64,000 nt of DNA, taken from the NCBI GenBank assembly GCA_035221665.1, contig CM069133.1, positions 35,588,001 to 35,652,000 of the forward strand, written 5' to 3'. Both the position numbers and the translations under genes were made by a program. Of the stretch, positions 38,286 to 50,942 are shown piece after piece (position 1 is the first letter of the stretch; every line of letters begins with the position of its first letter). The DNA comes from Okamejei kenojei (taxonomy: Eukaryota). Below the pieces are notes generated by a model that ran no database searches, was not told the DNA's origin, and saw nothing but the letters and a program-made list of their open reading frames with translations.

Positions 38286-40162
38286 TCAGTGTCCTTCATC
38301 TTCATCTGCTTCTTCCTCTACTTCTTCCCCTTCCAATTTTGTCTGAATATCTCGAGTGAATTCAAGAGCTTCTGTATGTTTGGTGAAGCGGTGCTCCTTG
38401 TTATCATAAGTTACCCTTAATGTTGCCGGGTACATCAGGCCATATCTCAGATTCTTTATGTTCCTCAGGATATCTCTTGTTTCTGTAAATAACGATCTCC
38501 TCTTGGCCACTTCTGCAGGGTAATCTCTAAAAATACTGATGTTATCTCCCTCATATTTGAGATTTTTCTTACGTATTATTATCTTCGTCATATCTTCAAA
38601 AACATAATTGTAAGCCACCTTCACAATCATCTGTTTTGGGGGAGCATCCCTTCTAGGGGTATGTCTCAATGCCCTGTATGCTCTGCCCAGCAGAGGTTCT
38701 TGGTCCAAGTTCAGAATATCTTTTAGAAGTTTTGCAGAAAATTTTTGAGGGTCTTGATTTCCCTCTCGGCCTTCACTCAACCCAACAATACGCAGATTCT
38801 TATGCCTTTGACATCCCTCCATCGAAGCATTTCTCAGTTATTTTGTGTAATAATTCTGATAAACGCTTGTTCTCGGCAAGGCGCTCCTCGGCTGATTCAG
38901 TCAGTTCTTTTATTCTGTCATTTTGTTGGTTAAGTGAAGTTATAATAGGTTCTAACTTGGTATCCAGCAGCACCTCCATCTCACCAGTATTACGGTTTAC
39001 ATCATCCATCTGTTGTTGTAAATCAGTACCCGCTTTATCTTTCCATTCGTCCATCATAGTCTTTACAGCGGCTATAACTTCCTTTTTGGACTCTTCTTTC
39101 AAATTCTCATGATACACCAAAATATCAGCTCTTAAAGTCTTTATTTCCTCTTTATATTCTTTTTTCATATCCTTAATGTGACATACGCTTTGTGCTCACA
39201 ATCACTGCTCAAAGACCAAATCGTGGAAGCAAGAGATTCTTTATTTTACGAGTCTGCAGAAGCGGGTGCCTCTCCAAGTTGAGACACTCCGAAGTCAGAA
39301 AAGTCATCCCCCTTTATACACACAATTCTACATCCAACCTCCCCTCCGGACCCTTCTCCAATCAGGGTCTGAGGTGCACAATCTGTAGGTACATCCCCCA
39401 GTACCTCCCACATCATACATCGCATGTTCATGGTAATGAGCAGTTTCTTGACCAGGGGTGTGTTGTAATATTCATTTATTCTATTAAGCATGCTCAGTTG
39501 TTCATGACCTACCCTAGTTTTACTCACCTCCAAGTGAACCCTCTCAGTTCTCCTATATCAGTGCTAAAGCTAAGCTATAGTGACAAGGAACCCATCTATC
39601 ACTCCATTCTTCTGATAGGGATCTCTCTACATCACTCCCTTCTACCGCTATACAATGCTATCACTTCTTACTCAAGGATGAGTCTGGTAACTTTTATACA
39701 CAGCTGTGTCAGAACCCTCTCCCTGGCCCCTATCAGTTTGAATCCTCTTTAAAGCTCCTTATTATAGTGGGGTTTAATCACTTTATCCCTCACATTAAGC
39801 ATTTGTTTCAGCTCACCCATAATGTTTTTTTTTGAGGTCGTCCATCTTTAAAATATCTTTCTGGGAGGCACTCAAACTCGAGCCCGAGGCTCCAATGAGG
39901 CCTACTTCCCTTTTCACAGGCTTTTTCACTTGGTGGGGGGGGGGGGGGGGGGGGGGGGGGGGAGCGATGCAGCGACATTTTCTTAGTAAAGTCGCGCGCC
40001 TGATGACGTCACGCAAACTTTTTAACGCTACTGGAGCAGTTCACAACCGTTCTCCTCTGGTGAGTAGCTTCAGTTAACCCCTTTTACCCCCGTTTTTAAT
40101 ACAATTTTAGCGGAGATGAATGGCGCGAGTTCCACTCACTCTATAGCGCCACCGGAAGTCCC
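38286..40162 (-). mobile_element. Second L1-clade element, 5' UTR and ORF1 only
   Basis: Minus strand begins gggacttccggtggcgc; ORF1 motifs NLRIVGLSEGREG, RAYRAL, IFRDYPAEVAKRR and YGLMYPATLRV. Confidence 0.85.
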
Positions 40163-40599
40163 AAATATGTAATATTTAAGCTAATGTTTATATGGTGATC
40201 AATCTCTTTATCTCAGGAAGTTGCAGGCAGTTCCTTGGAAAATGCGGTGACTGAAGAAAGCGAACTTACAGCTCTTAATGGAAAGTAACGAATTTTCCCT
40301 GAAACATTGACAACTGTTCATATCAATGTCGATTCAAATTGATGTGTTCATTATCCCTTTAACATTCGAGACTGAAGTCTGCCCAGAATCAAATATCTAA
40401 CATTGCTCTCCGAGTGTTCCTTTGATCATTGTCTTACAATGGATGGGCGTTTATCAGTGTTCAGGATTGTATTGGTTGAATACATTTTAAGTGCTGATTG
40501 ACGATTAACTATTGCTGTAAATCAGAAAGGAACCCGCCCCGTCATGTTCCTTTGCTGCTTTGAATCCATAATAACAGCAGAGAGGGCAGAGGGGCTACC

Positions 40600-41680
40600 A
40601 CCTGAAACATTGATGACTGATTTGGGGTTACCTCCTGTACCCAGCCAGAACTTCCGGACTTCATTAACGTCACAACTAATTTCCATCCCACACCCAAATT
40701 CACTTGGACCATCTCCGATATCTTCCTTAATCCGCCACAGGAGATAGACTATCGACAGACATCTGCTATAAACCTACTGACTCCCACATCTACCTAGACG
40801 ACATTTCTTCCCACCCTACCTCCTGTTAAGACACTATCCCCACGCCCAATTCCTCCGTCTGTGCCGCATCTGTCCCTCACTAGGGTCTTCTCGATAGCCC
40901 ACAATATCCTGCAGACTTTATATTTCACCCCATCAGCCATCGCACAAGGCACATAACCCTCCGATATTTCCGTAACTTTTACTGGGGTCCTATCACGAGC
41001 CATATCTTCCCATCTTCAACCCAGCAGTTTTCCGCAGAGACCGCTCCCTCCGCAACTCACTGGTTTACACGTCCTTCCAGATAACACCCCTCTCTCCTGC
41101 CCCATCTTAGGTATTTCCCCCTGCAACCACGGGAGCTATAGAACCTGTCCTTACACCTCCTCCCTAGAATCCGTCCAAGGGCCCGGACAGTCTTTACAGG
41201 TGGGGCAGAGATTCACTTTCATCTCCTCCAACCTCATCTACCGTATCTGCTCTTCCAGCTGTCGGTTCCTATATATCGGCGATACCAAGCACAGGCTCTT
41301 CAATGGATTCGCTGAAAACCTTAGCTCAGCCCGCCTGGACATGCCTGATCTCCCGGTTGCCAAACACTTTAATCCCCTTCCCATTCCCACACTAACATCG
41401 GGCTTCTAGGCCTCCTCCATTGTCAGAGCATGGCCAAACACAAATAAAAGGAACAACATCTCATATTTCGCTTGGACAGCTTACAACCCAGTGGAATGAA
41501 TATCGATTTCCCTAACTTCAAGAAACTTCTGCATTCTCTCTCTCCCCATTCCTACCTCAGCTGGGTCGCGGTAGATTCCATGTTATCTTGTTCTGTCTCA
41601 TTGTCTATACCCCGTTCAAAACTGAGAAACAGCTAACAATGTATTTTTTTCTTTATCATTGTTACTTTTTTGCATATATT
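40600..41680 (+). mobile_element. Degraded Penelope-like fragment
   Basis: Collinear with 32640-33840; NLIYRICSSSCRFLYIGDTKHRL. Confidence 0.85.
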
Positions 41681-41682
41681 GG

Positions 41683-42045
41683 AAACATAGAAACATAGAA
41701 AAATAGGCACTGGAGTAGGCGATTCGGTCATTCGAGCCAGCACCGCCATTCAACACGATGACTGCTGATCATCTATATCAGTACCTCGTTCCTGCATTTT
41801 CCCCAATACCCATTGATTCCTTTAAGAGCAACATCTTACTCGCTCTTGAAAACATCCAGTGAATTGGCCTCAACTATTTTCTGTGGCAGAGAATTCCACA
41901 GATTCACAACTCTCTGGGTGAAAATGTTGTAACTTATCTCATCCCTAAATGGGCTCCTCTTATTCTTAAACCGTGACCCCTAGTTTTGTACTCCCCCAAC
42001 ATCGGGAACATTTTTCCTATATCTAGCCTGTCCAATTGTTTAAGA
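41683..42045 (-). mobile_element. CR1 3' fragment
   Basis: (aaacatag)n tail and LDRLDIGKMFPMLGEYKTRGHGLRIRG. Confidence 0.85.
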
Positions 42046-42119
42046 ATCGCACCGTATTCCCAAAGTCGGTTGCGTTTACTTTGTATCATCAATTCTTCAC
42101 TCACTGTAAGGTGTTCCAG

Positions 42120-42417
42120 GTCTGGTTGATTCAGATTCCAGCACCCAAGAGGATGGTCCGCTGACACATACAGAGGGTCAAAGCGCCACTTTCACATGTA
42201 CCTATTCTAAGGATAATTATTACTTATACTGGTATCGCCAATATCCAGGCGGACAGCCGAGTTTGCGGTCCGGCGATAACTAACGGTGGCTGTGACCCGA
42301 ACGCAGAATTCGCTCGAAATCGTTTTTCGGACGCAGTCCAGCAGTCGGTGAAGAAATATCGATTGACTCGGGACTGCGTCTGACTGATACGGCAGTTTAT
42401 TACTGCGCAGTGGATCA
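42120..42417 (+). pseudogene. TCR alpha/delta-type V segment pseudogene
   Basis: Acceptor gttccag| (phase 1); LVDSDSSTQEDGPLTHTEGQSATFTCTYSKDNYYLYWYRQYPGGQP / AEFARNRFSDAVQQSVKKYRLT / GLRLTDTAVYYCAV; frameshifts and a stop; no leader exon seen. Confidence 0.92.
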
Positions 42418-42456
42418 CACAGTGTTGAGAATGGCGCGAATTTCAAGCGCACAGCT
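42418..42456 (+). promoter_or_regulatory. RSS of the TCR V segment
   Basis: Perfect CACAGTG at 42418-42424 just after YYCAVD; nonamer degenerate, so a 23-bp spacer is presumed rather than shown. Confidence 0.7.
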
Positions 42457-45400
42457 GCTATTTCGTGGAGGGATGTCGTTCATCGCGGCTTGAGCAGCTG
42501 CCGCTAGGCTCACAGGTTGTGTGCGGGGAACAGAAGCGGTCAGAGCCGGATTCACTCAGTGTCGCGATTCCGTCTATTCCTGGTAGTGACTGCCTGCTTT
42601 CGGGGAGATAAAAAGAGAAACTACTTCTCCATTGAAAATAAATTGACGCCAAACTCGTTCATTTAGGAATCCACTTCGCAAAGAGAAACGTTCGTCCAAT
42701 TAGGGAATAATTACTGCTTAAAGTATCTCTCGATAGAGAAAGAGAAAGGAGGCAGATGAGCAAGAAAAAAAAGAATGCAGATGCTTCTAAGTTAACCATG
42801 TTCTTGGTCTTGCGGTCAAACTCCGCGTTTATTAACTCATGACTACTTCTTGCGAACAGTATGTAATGCTGTACGCAGTCGTGTGGCAGTTTTCTTGAAA
42901 CACAGACTGATCAGAGCAGACAATGAAAATAAAACGATGGCCTTAAAACGGACTGAACTTTGTTGCCTTCCAACACAGTGAAGAATGCTGTGGTGGATGT
43001 CTGTGTTAACTTTTATTGTGTATTGTGTGTTCTTTTTAAGTGTATCGCTGCTGGCAAATTCATTCCACTGCACCTTCGGGTGCATGTGACGAATAAAATT
43101 GAGTTTCACTTTGACCTTACCGAAGGAGAGGTTGAGGCAGTTGGTTCTTTACTGTATTAAGTATTTATTTTATCGTTTTATTAAAGGGTATACATTTATT
43201 TCGTGATTATAATGCTCGATAGTTCACTCATACATTTGTACTTCATTCCGAATTCTGTATTATAACCTAACAATATAACTACGGTAAGAAAATCACTGCA
43301 GCCGGATATTTTGATCAGGTTGAATAATAAATATAAGCCTCCAAAATGCGGGCGAAACAGCCTAGAGCGTTATCGAGATTGGATTGGGAGCTGACAACGG
43401 ACGGTTAGCAAGCAGGTCCGGCAGAGTGTGCCCACTCGTCGTCCCAAATGGTCCTTAGAAAGGCAGAATAGTTTTTCGTCGGTAGCACGGAAGGCACGAC
43501 CACGTCTGACAGCAACAAATTAGACGGGAGTTTGATAGAAGTGTGTGAACATGCATATCTAACGCAGGCATCGTAAGGCACTGGTAGGTAAATACACGGA
43601 CAGAGGATGAGAACCCCCAATAAAATGTACACCGTCAGCAAGTATTTTGTCTTCCTCTATGGTATGTCATAATGCGGCTAGTTGCGGTTGGGTGTTGATA
43701 TCGTTCTGCTGAAGGTCCCACAGTACAGAACCGAAGTACAAGGAAGTTATGCCCGATTTGTTAACACACTCGCAGGGGGCTCTTTGCGTTTTGCGCCCTG
43801 ATCCTCTCACGACATTACAAGGGGATGTGTTAAATAATGGAAGGCGTAGAAGAGGCAAACGGGGACATTCTATAAGACTGGGAAGTACAGAATGAAACAG
43901 TGGAGAGACGTGAGGTTTCAATGGAGCAGTGTAAATCGATGCGGTACTGAACAAAAGTATTTTACCGAAAAGCGAAATCCTGAGATAAAAACAAAGGTGC
44001 GTGATTACCTTTTAGTCCGCAAATGCCCCGGGACCGACTGACGATCTCCAGAATGATCTGACTTTAAATTCAATTTCCTCCATCCGTCCTTCTTCCTTTC
44101 GAAGGTTCTGCTTGACCACTTGGGTGCAGGTGCTGGATTAGGACCACATTCAAAACATGCTTCGCATCTGTTGCACAGATCACAAAATTAAAACGGTAAA
44201 ACGAGCAAGATTCACACAAGGAGAATTAACTAAACCAATATACATAAAACAATACATCTTGCACATCGCTGAGATACAATAGACTACTGGTGCTCGAATA
44301 TTGATCCAAAATTCAAACGCTGTAGGGACTCCATTTAGACAAACCGTGGCACGGCCTTCGCCGACTGCATGAGTTCATTTCGTTCCGAATAGCCAGCAAC
44401 CGGTCAGTGGAGACGAGTACGCGCGAGTTGACAGATTATAAATGTTCACATAATTAAACGACTGTTAAGACAATAAGAAAATGACAGAATAATTAATTGT
44501 AGATGTCAGCGTTTGCTTTATTGCCTGCATAACCATTAAATACAAGTGCTTATTCAGAATTCCTAAAACGCGAATTATTTTTCTCGCAATCAAGTGAGTT
44601 GCATTGTGCTGATAATCCAGTGATTGTTATGACCCAGCGCCGCCGTAAGCCAGGAGTTTGAAGAAGGGTCTCAACCCGAAATGTCACCCATTCTTTCTCT
44701 CCAGCGATGCTGCCTGTCTCGCTGAGTTACTCCTGCATTTTGTGTCTTCGACAAAAGCACAAATGGGCGCTCTGCTTTAACCTACAAAGTTCACTTCCGT
44801 CAATTAAAAATGCCGACAGGAACCTACGTCAAAAAGGCCCACCGGCGTCCAGCCGATCATGGCCGACGGGTGACGGCTCAATTTCTCTCGACTGGCGGGC
44901 TGTCGCTGTATCTAAGAGTGCACGTTGTCAAATACTGTCCTGAATAACGGTCCGTGCAAATGTTAAACAGATTCACCAAATGCATGCACACTTCCGTTAG
45001 AATAAAATACATGAACATATTCACGACAAGAAGAGATCGATCCGGCAACGATAAACTGTTCTGCTGGACCAACGGCATAATCATCTATGAGGTGAACTCC
45101 ATGAGACAGAACAGGACCTATGGAAATACATAGAGCAACGGGATTATGGTAAGATAACGAGAGAGTATCCATTATCCCAAAGAAGGATTATAGTTAATTG
45201 CAAAATGTATGGGAAATGGCTAATTCTATCAAAAACGCGTGAACATACTTGCAAAGTAGAACTATCTTAAAGATAATACATTCATTGTGAACTGTGATTG
45301 AGGATGGTAATTTAAGTGGCGATTGGCCCTGCTGTCACAGGCAATAATGTCCATTACGGGCCAAATGATATCGTAAACGGCAAATGTTGCTGGCTTTATG

Positions 45401-46739
45401 CATGTAAGCATATTATAATTTAATAGGTGATTATTGTGGCATAACGCGATCACCACGGATTGCACCTTGCTTTAAAGTACCGATGAAGTAAATAGAGAAA
45501 CTTTCCGTGCTCATGGTGCCCACTACAACACCCGGTTTTAAAAGTCCTTGTTACATCAGAGTTCTGTGCACGACTGGGAAATATGTCCAATGTTATAGAT
45601 ATATGTTATTCACAAGAACCCCGATGTCTATCTAAATTGGACAATTATCAAAATCTAACATCATCCATGGCCCACGTATTCCTGATATATCTTAAAATAT
45701 CAATTGACGGCCTCCATAGCCTTCTATGGCAATGAATTCCACAGATTCGCGACCCTCCGACTAAAGAAATGTATCCTCGTCTCCTCTATAAAGGAACGTC
45801 ATATTATTTTGAGGCTGTGGCCTCTCGTCCAAGACTCTCCCACTAGTGGACACTACCGCTCCACATCCACTTTATCCGGACCTCTCACAATTCGATAATT
45901 ATAATGAGGTGCTCCCCTCATCAACGCTGATGTGAAGGACAATGCACCAACAAAATAAAATTAAAAACTAACTTTTCATGCAGATGGGGTCGCGCAAGCT
46001 TCCTCACCAAACGTCCTATGAAGGGTGGTTTGTATATGGAACGGAAGAGGTACGTGAGGCAAGTAAACTAATAACGTTTGAGATACATTTGGACCGACAT
46101 GAGTTGGATAGGTTTAGAGGGCTATAGTGGGCTGGTGGGGCGTTTAAATTGAATATGATGGTTGGCGTGGACAAGTTGGGCCCGATGGCCTGTGTGACTC
46201 TATAACTATATGACCGTATCATATATCCCACTGCAGAATGTAAATAAGACCGCTCACAGGAACATTTCTATTTTATATTTCAACAGGACCTCCTGGAAAA
46301 ACCTGGGATAAAATTAATAATGGGTAGATGTGAAGCGATTAGGTCAGTGTCTGGGAACTGTAGTTCAAGGTCTCGACATAAACTATTTCATCGTACCGTG
46401 TGGTGTTGACTGATATTTCTGTCCGACCTTCCACACCTGCAACCTCGTGGAGCATATTTAAGTTTAGAAATATTATTCACTATTTTATTCACTAATATCC
46501 TACTTTACAATTCCTTTGTTCTGTACGTGCTCAATTGGTGCACATGAGACGAGCGGCCACACTAATGAGTGTTATCATATAACATCACATGGGAGCAAAA
46601 TCGGTAATATATGTCCACAGTGAGGTGATAACAACAAGTCGTTAATCTTTTTCTTGGATATAAATGTTCGGCGCTTTAGCCTCCCAGTACATAATCTGTG
46701 AACATTGTTCTGCATTTTGGAGGTCTCTTTGAATGAGCA

Positions 46740-48596
46740 ATGGGTTGGATGAACCGCCTTTCAGTTTAATATTATAAGTACCCAATCGTGGCATCAATTG
46801 GAGTGCCCGGTATGCCACTTGAAGGTTGAATGTGAGATAACCGTGACGACAATTGATTAGGGAACGGCAATGTTGGAGATCAAATTTCAATAGTGTGGTG
46901 AAATGTCCTGCATGCTAGACTTAACCAATAGTTATTTTATGCTAATAACATATATGTTCGTTGGCCATTTACTGGGACTCGTCGAGAATTATTAGTGCAT
47001 ATTGCCAAGTGAAGTAATATTTAAAGTAAGCTGTGCGACGTAAGGCTGCATCTGGTTATACCTTGGGCGATTGCATTTTCCACATTTATTTTTGTTTCCA
47101 TTTGATCTCTCTTTTTTATGACTCTAAATGTCGTTTATTTTAGCTGGACTATCTTGAACGACCGGCGCATCGCGTGCAGGTAATCTCGATTGTACACCGC
47201 CCTCTTCAAACGTTGCAAACCCGAGAAGCAAAATCTGATCCGAAAGGTGCACCCGATTAACACTAACTTCAGTCTTGTTATTCACACAACACTTCCGTTC
47301 AGTTCCTCAGTTGATTAACTGTTAGGTGGAATGTTTGTTGGTGAGCACAGTATCAGGGATTGCATTCGAACCAAATGAAATCTCCGTCTCAGCGCATAAT
47401 CACCATTGCTTCTTTTTTACTCCCCTAGTGAATCTAGTGGCGATTGTGATCCTGTCCCGAGGAAAGTGCGGTCTCTCGTTATCTAGTGGCTATGGCGACG
47501 GCGGACATCGCGGTGATTGTCTGCGAAGCGATGTTAAAATCGGATTGACGTTCTTTATTGGCGGAACACAATCCTGTTCTGCACTCCTGTGTGCAGGTTT
47601 ATTCTCTTCCAGTCCGCCGCGGCCGTAGACTCTTCCGCTTGTTTCACAGTCGCTTTCACATTTGATAGGTATGTTGCTATCTCCAAACAGAATCTGAGAT
47701 CCAACTACACCATCGACAGAACGGCGGCGATGGTTATGGGGACCATGCAATGTCCACTGTATTATCCTGGTGTGACTAGCACAATGAACTGGATCATACA
47801 GTAGATATTACAGGGTCCGCACACGCCCACCATCTTGTCAGAAGAGTTTATTATTTCCAACAACCAACAGAAACTACTAGAAGGTCACTTGTCATCAGCC
47901 ACGAGGCACAGGCACATTCCACAGCTTGTACTCCTATCCTCAAGGGAGCACTGGCATTTACACATTGATGACGAGTACAATGTGTCAAGATGGCACTAGC
48001 ATTTACATTACAGACCCTATGCACCTTATACTGTTTACAGAAGGCTCCCTGGCCTTTAGCTTAAGTCTTTCCACAAGCATAATGGTTTACTGTTGGGCTG
48101 CGGAATCCGATCGCACCTCTATGTCCTGCCCGCATGGATTGCATTTTCTTGATCTGAGCAGCTGTTGACCCTAGTGTTTCCATTCTGTTTGATTTTATTG
48201 TTTTAGGCGCACACGGCGGGACGTATTTTAATGGCCAATCGGGACCGCAGGAGGCTCCCTGATCTCAGTCATGGAGACCCGGAGACGGAAAACTCTAGAC
48301 GGTCAATAATATTACTATTTGCAATAACCAGCAGCTTTATAATGCTCTCGGTCACAACTGTATTTAATTTTGTTTTCTATCGATGGGTCAACGGATATTG
48401 GATGAGATGCTTCAATAAGTAATTTGCTACATTTGAAAAAACTGGAGTTCTGCTGCAGCTGCTGAACACCTGTACAAACACACTGATTTACACCGTCACC
48501 CAGGGGAAGTTCAGAGAGCAGCTCCTTCACGCACTTCAATGCCCCGTCGCGCTAACTGGAAAGTTAGTGAAACATATTAAATCATGTTTAAAATAA
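46740..48596 (+). pseudogene. GPR139-like GPCR pseudogene (paralog of 28558-30605)
   Basis: Same exon structure (46740-46809; 47429-48596). TAA in exon 1, a 14-bp deletion after ggtctctc, a solo-LTR insertion and further stops. Confidence 0.92.
47746..48012 (-). mobile_element. Solo LTR related to the 22848-24130 element
   Basis: TG...CA ends; TSD gacca/gaccc; shares gtaaatgccagtgc..cccttgagg, tgtgcctcgtg, caagtgacctt and tgtgctagtcaca with the TRIM LTR; empty site in the intact GPCR. Confidence 0.85.
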
Positions 48597-49035
48597 CATC
48601 AGGTAACAAGTCTTCTCGAGTGTGACTGTATGGATCGCTGAAGAGGGAGCATTGAACGAAAATCTCACCTATGTTTCCAAAACATTTCAGAAAATGTCAC
48701 TCATATTCGGCAAAAACTATAATATCCCCTGCACATGACGACATGTAGGCTTTTAGGCCCGACCCAAGACCCACCACCTGCCCTTTAAAATGAACACCGT
48801 CCGCCACCCTATTGCTCAACGGGTAGGGCTGTCATGGGGAACCCGATGTTAATTTCTACTGTAGCGGACCTCCAGTATCTCCGCGTTTACAACATTCCTC
48901 AACATCTCTGATTTGCTTCCAATCCAGCGGTCACGCCACTAGGCTCTCATTGCCCAAACCTTTAAAAAGTCAGTCGTCGAACCGTTCCACGTATTTCTCA
49001 CTTCTCTTATTTGAAGCACTCGTGATTATAAATGT

Positions 49036-49842
49036 GAGGTTATCCACTTTGGTGGCAAAAACAAGAAAGCAGACTATTATCTAAATGGTGGCCGATTAGG
49101 AAAAGGGGAGATGCAGCGAGACCTGGGTGTCATGGTACACCAGTCATTGAAAGTAGGCATGCAGGTGCAGCAGGCAGTGAAAAAAACGAATGGTATGTTA
49201 GCTTTCATAGCAAAAGGATTGAGTATAGGAATAGGGAGGTTCTACTTCAGTTGTACAGGGTCTTGGTGAGACCACACCTGGAGTGTTGCGTACAGTTTTG
49301 GTCTCCAAATCTCAAGAAGGACATTATTGCCATAGAGGGAGTGCAGAGAAGGTTCACCAGACTGACTCCTGGGATGTCAGGACTGTCCTATGAAGAAAGA
49401 CTGGATAGACTCGGTTTATATGCTCTAGTATTTAGGAGATTGAGAGGGAATCTTATAGAAACTTACAAAATTCTTAAGGGGTTGGACAGGCTAGATGCAG
49501 GAAGATTGTTCCCGATGTTGGGGAAGTCCAGGACAAGGGGTCACAGCTTAAGGATAAGGGGGAAATCCTTTAAGACCGTGATGAGAAAGACTTTTTTCAC
49601 ACAGAGAGTGGTGAGTCTCTGGAACTCTCTGCAACAGAGGGTAGTTGAGACCAGTTCATTGGCTATACTTAAGAGGGAGTTAGATGTGGCCCTTGTGGCT
49701 AAGGGGATCAGAGGGTATGGAGAGAAGGCAGGTACGGGATACTGAGTTGGATGATCAGCCATGATCATATTGAATGGCGGTGCAGGCTCGAAGGGCCGAA
49801 TGGCCTACTCCTGCACCTAATTTCTATGTTTCTATGTTTCTA
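49036..49842 (+). mobile_element. Young CR1 3' fragment
   Basis: Near-identical to 15710-16530; absent from the paralogous flank near 31035. Confidence 0.92.
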
Positions 49843-50051
49843 TTCATGTGGGTGCCAAGTCACACATTAACCTGATGACATTAAAGTAGAGTGCGTCTCC
49901 ATCATTCCAGCTACAACATTTAACTTAACGGGAGTTTAGTTGTATTCTTGTTTCTCCTTTTCAACGGATAGCTTTATTCCCATTTAGAGGCGCTTTCGGA
50001 TTGCATTAAAGTAATTAACTTAGCAGCAGATGGAAGTAATGAGATTTGCTG

Positions 50052-50637
50052 TTGCTGCTGACTCTGGTTGTTGTCGTTCGCCAGATAGATCAGTTACCAG
50101 GGCTCACCACGGGGAGGTCGACAACTTGAGCCCCTGGTGAACAAAGCCTCAATGGACCCAAATCATACCCTACACAACCTTGCCCAGTACTCCAACCTGG
50201 ATCGTCAACGCCTGCCCTCCCGGCGCCCCTTCTCTCGTCATGCTGCATCTCTTCGTAGCTCCGATTTCAACATGCTAAGAGCATGGAGAGCCTGCTGGCA
50301 GGACACCCAACATCCCGCCCAAATGACCGTCTACCCAAACACACTGTTGCCACCTGGTGCAGAACTGGTCCGCAGAGAGTGGGTTACACTGAATCGTCTG
50401 CGAACTGGTGTTGGGCGTTTCAATCATAACATGAAACGTTGGGGACTGCGCCCATCAGCAGCCTGTACTTGTGGACACCCCGACCAGACCGCACACCATG
50501 TAATCCACGACTGTCCCACCCTCAGCCCACCAGATACCACTACCATCGACCTGACCAACCCCAATCCTGACACAGTGAACTGGCTGCGACGCCTGAATCA
50601 AACTGTGTACGACTCATACGCAAGAAGAAGAAGAAGA
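50052..50637 (+). mobile_element. Vingi/Ingi-like non-LTR retrotransposon 3' end
   Basis: WVTLNRLRTGVGRF...WG...CTCG...QTAHHVIHDCP CCHC-type tail; (AAG)n terminus; 10-bp TSD agatttgctg at 50042-50051 and 50638-50647. Confidence 0.75.
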
Positions 50638-50744
50638 AGATTTGCTGATATCATACAATATGGCGTAACGACATTATTTATATATTTTAGAGCAAGGATA
50701 CATTGACAGACTACAGAGCGGACCGCGATAAAGTGCATAAGTTT

Positions 50745-50942
50745 GCTTGAGTGTGGTGTCTACCCTACAGACGAGGAACAATTTACTGAAGCCGCCAACT
50801 AACCTGCAAACCGAAGTACCCGGAAAAAACCCCACGCGGTCAACGGGAGAGCGTGCAAATTCCGTCCAGACTGCAAGCGTGTTGAGGATCAATATCGGGT
50901 CTCTTGCACTGCAAGGCAGCAACTCTCTCGTTGCGCCACTGT
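50745..50942 (-). mobile_element. tRNA-derived SINE
   Basis: Homologous to 7180-7372. Confidence 0.75.

Noticed and set aside
39192-39752. 186-aa plus-strand ORF
   Set aside because: Antisense to the minus-strand L1 5' region; no domain features.
46351-46366. ZNF143/Staf-type motif (reverse complement gaactacagttcccag) upstream of the GPCR pseudogene
   Set aside because: Single short motif, common in repeats, and not seen upstream of the intact paralog.
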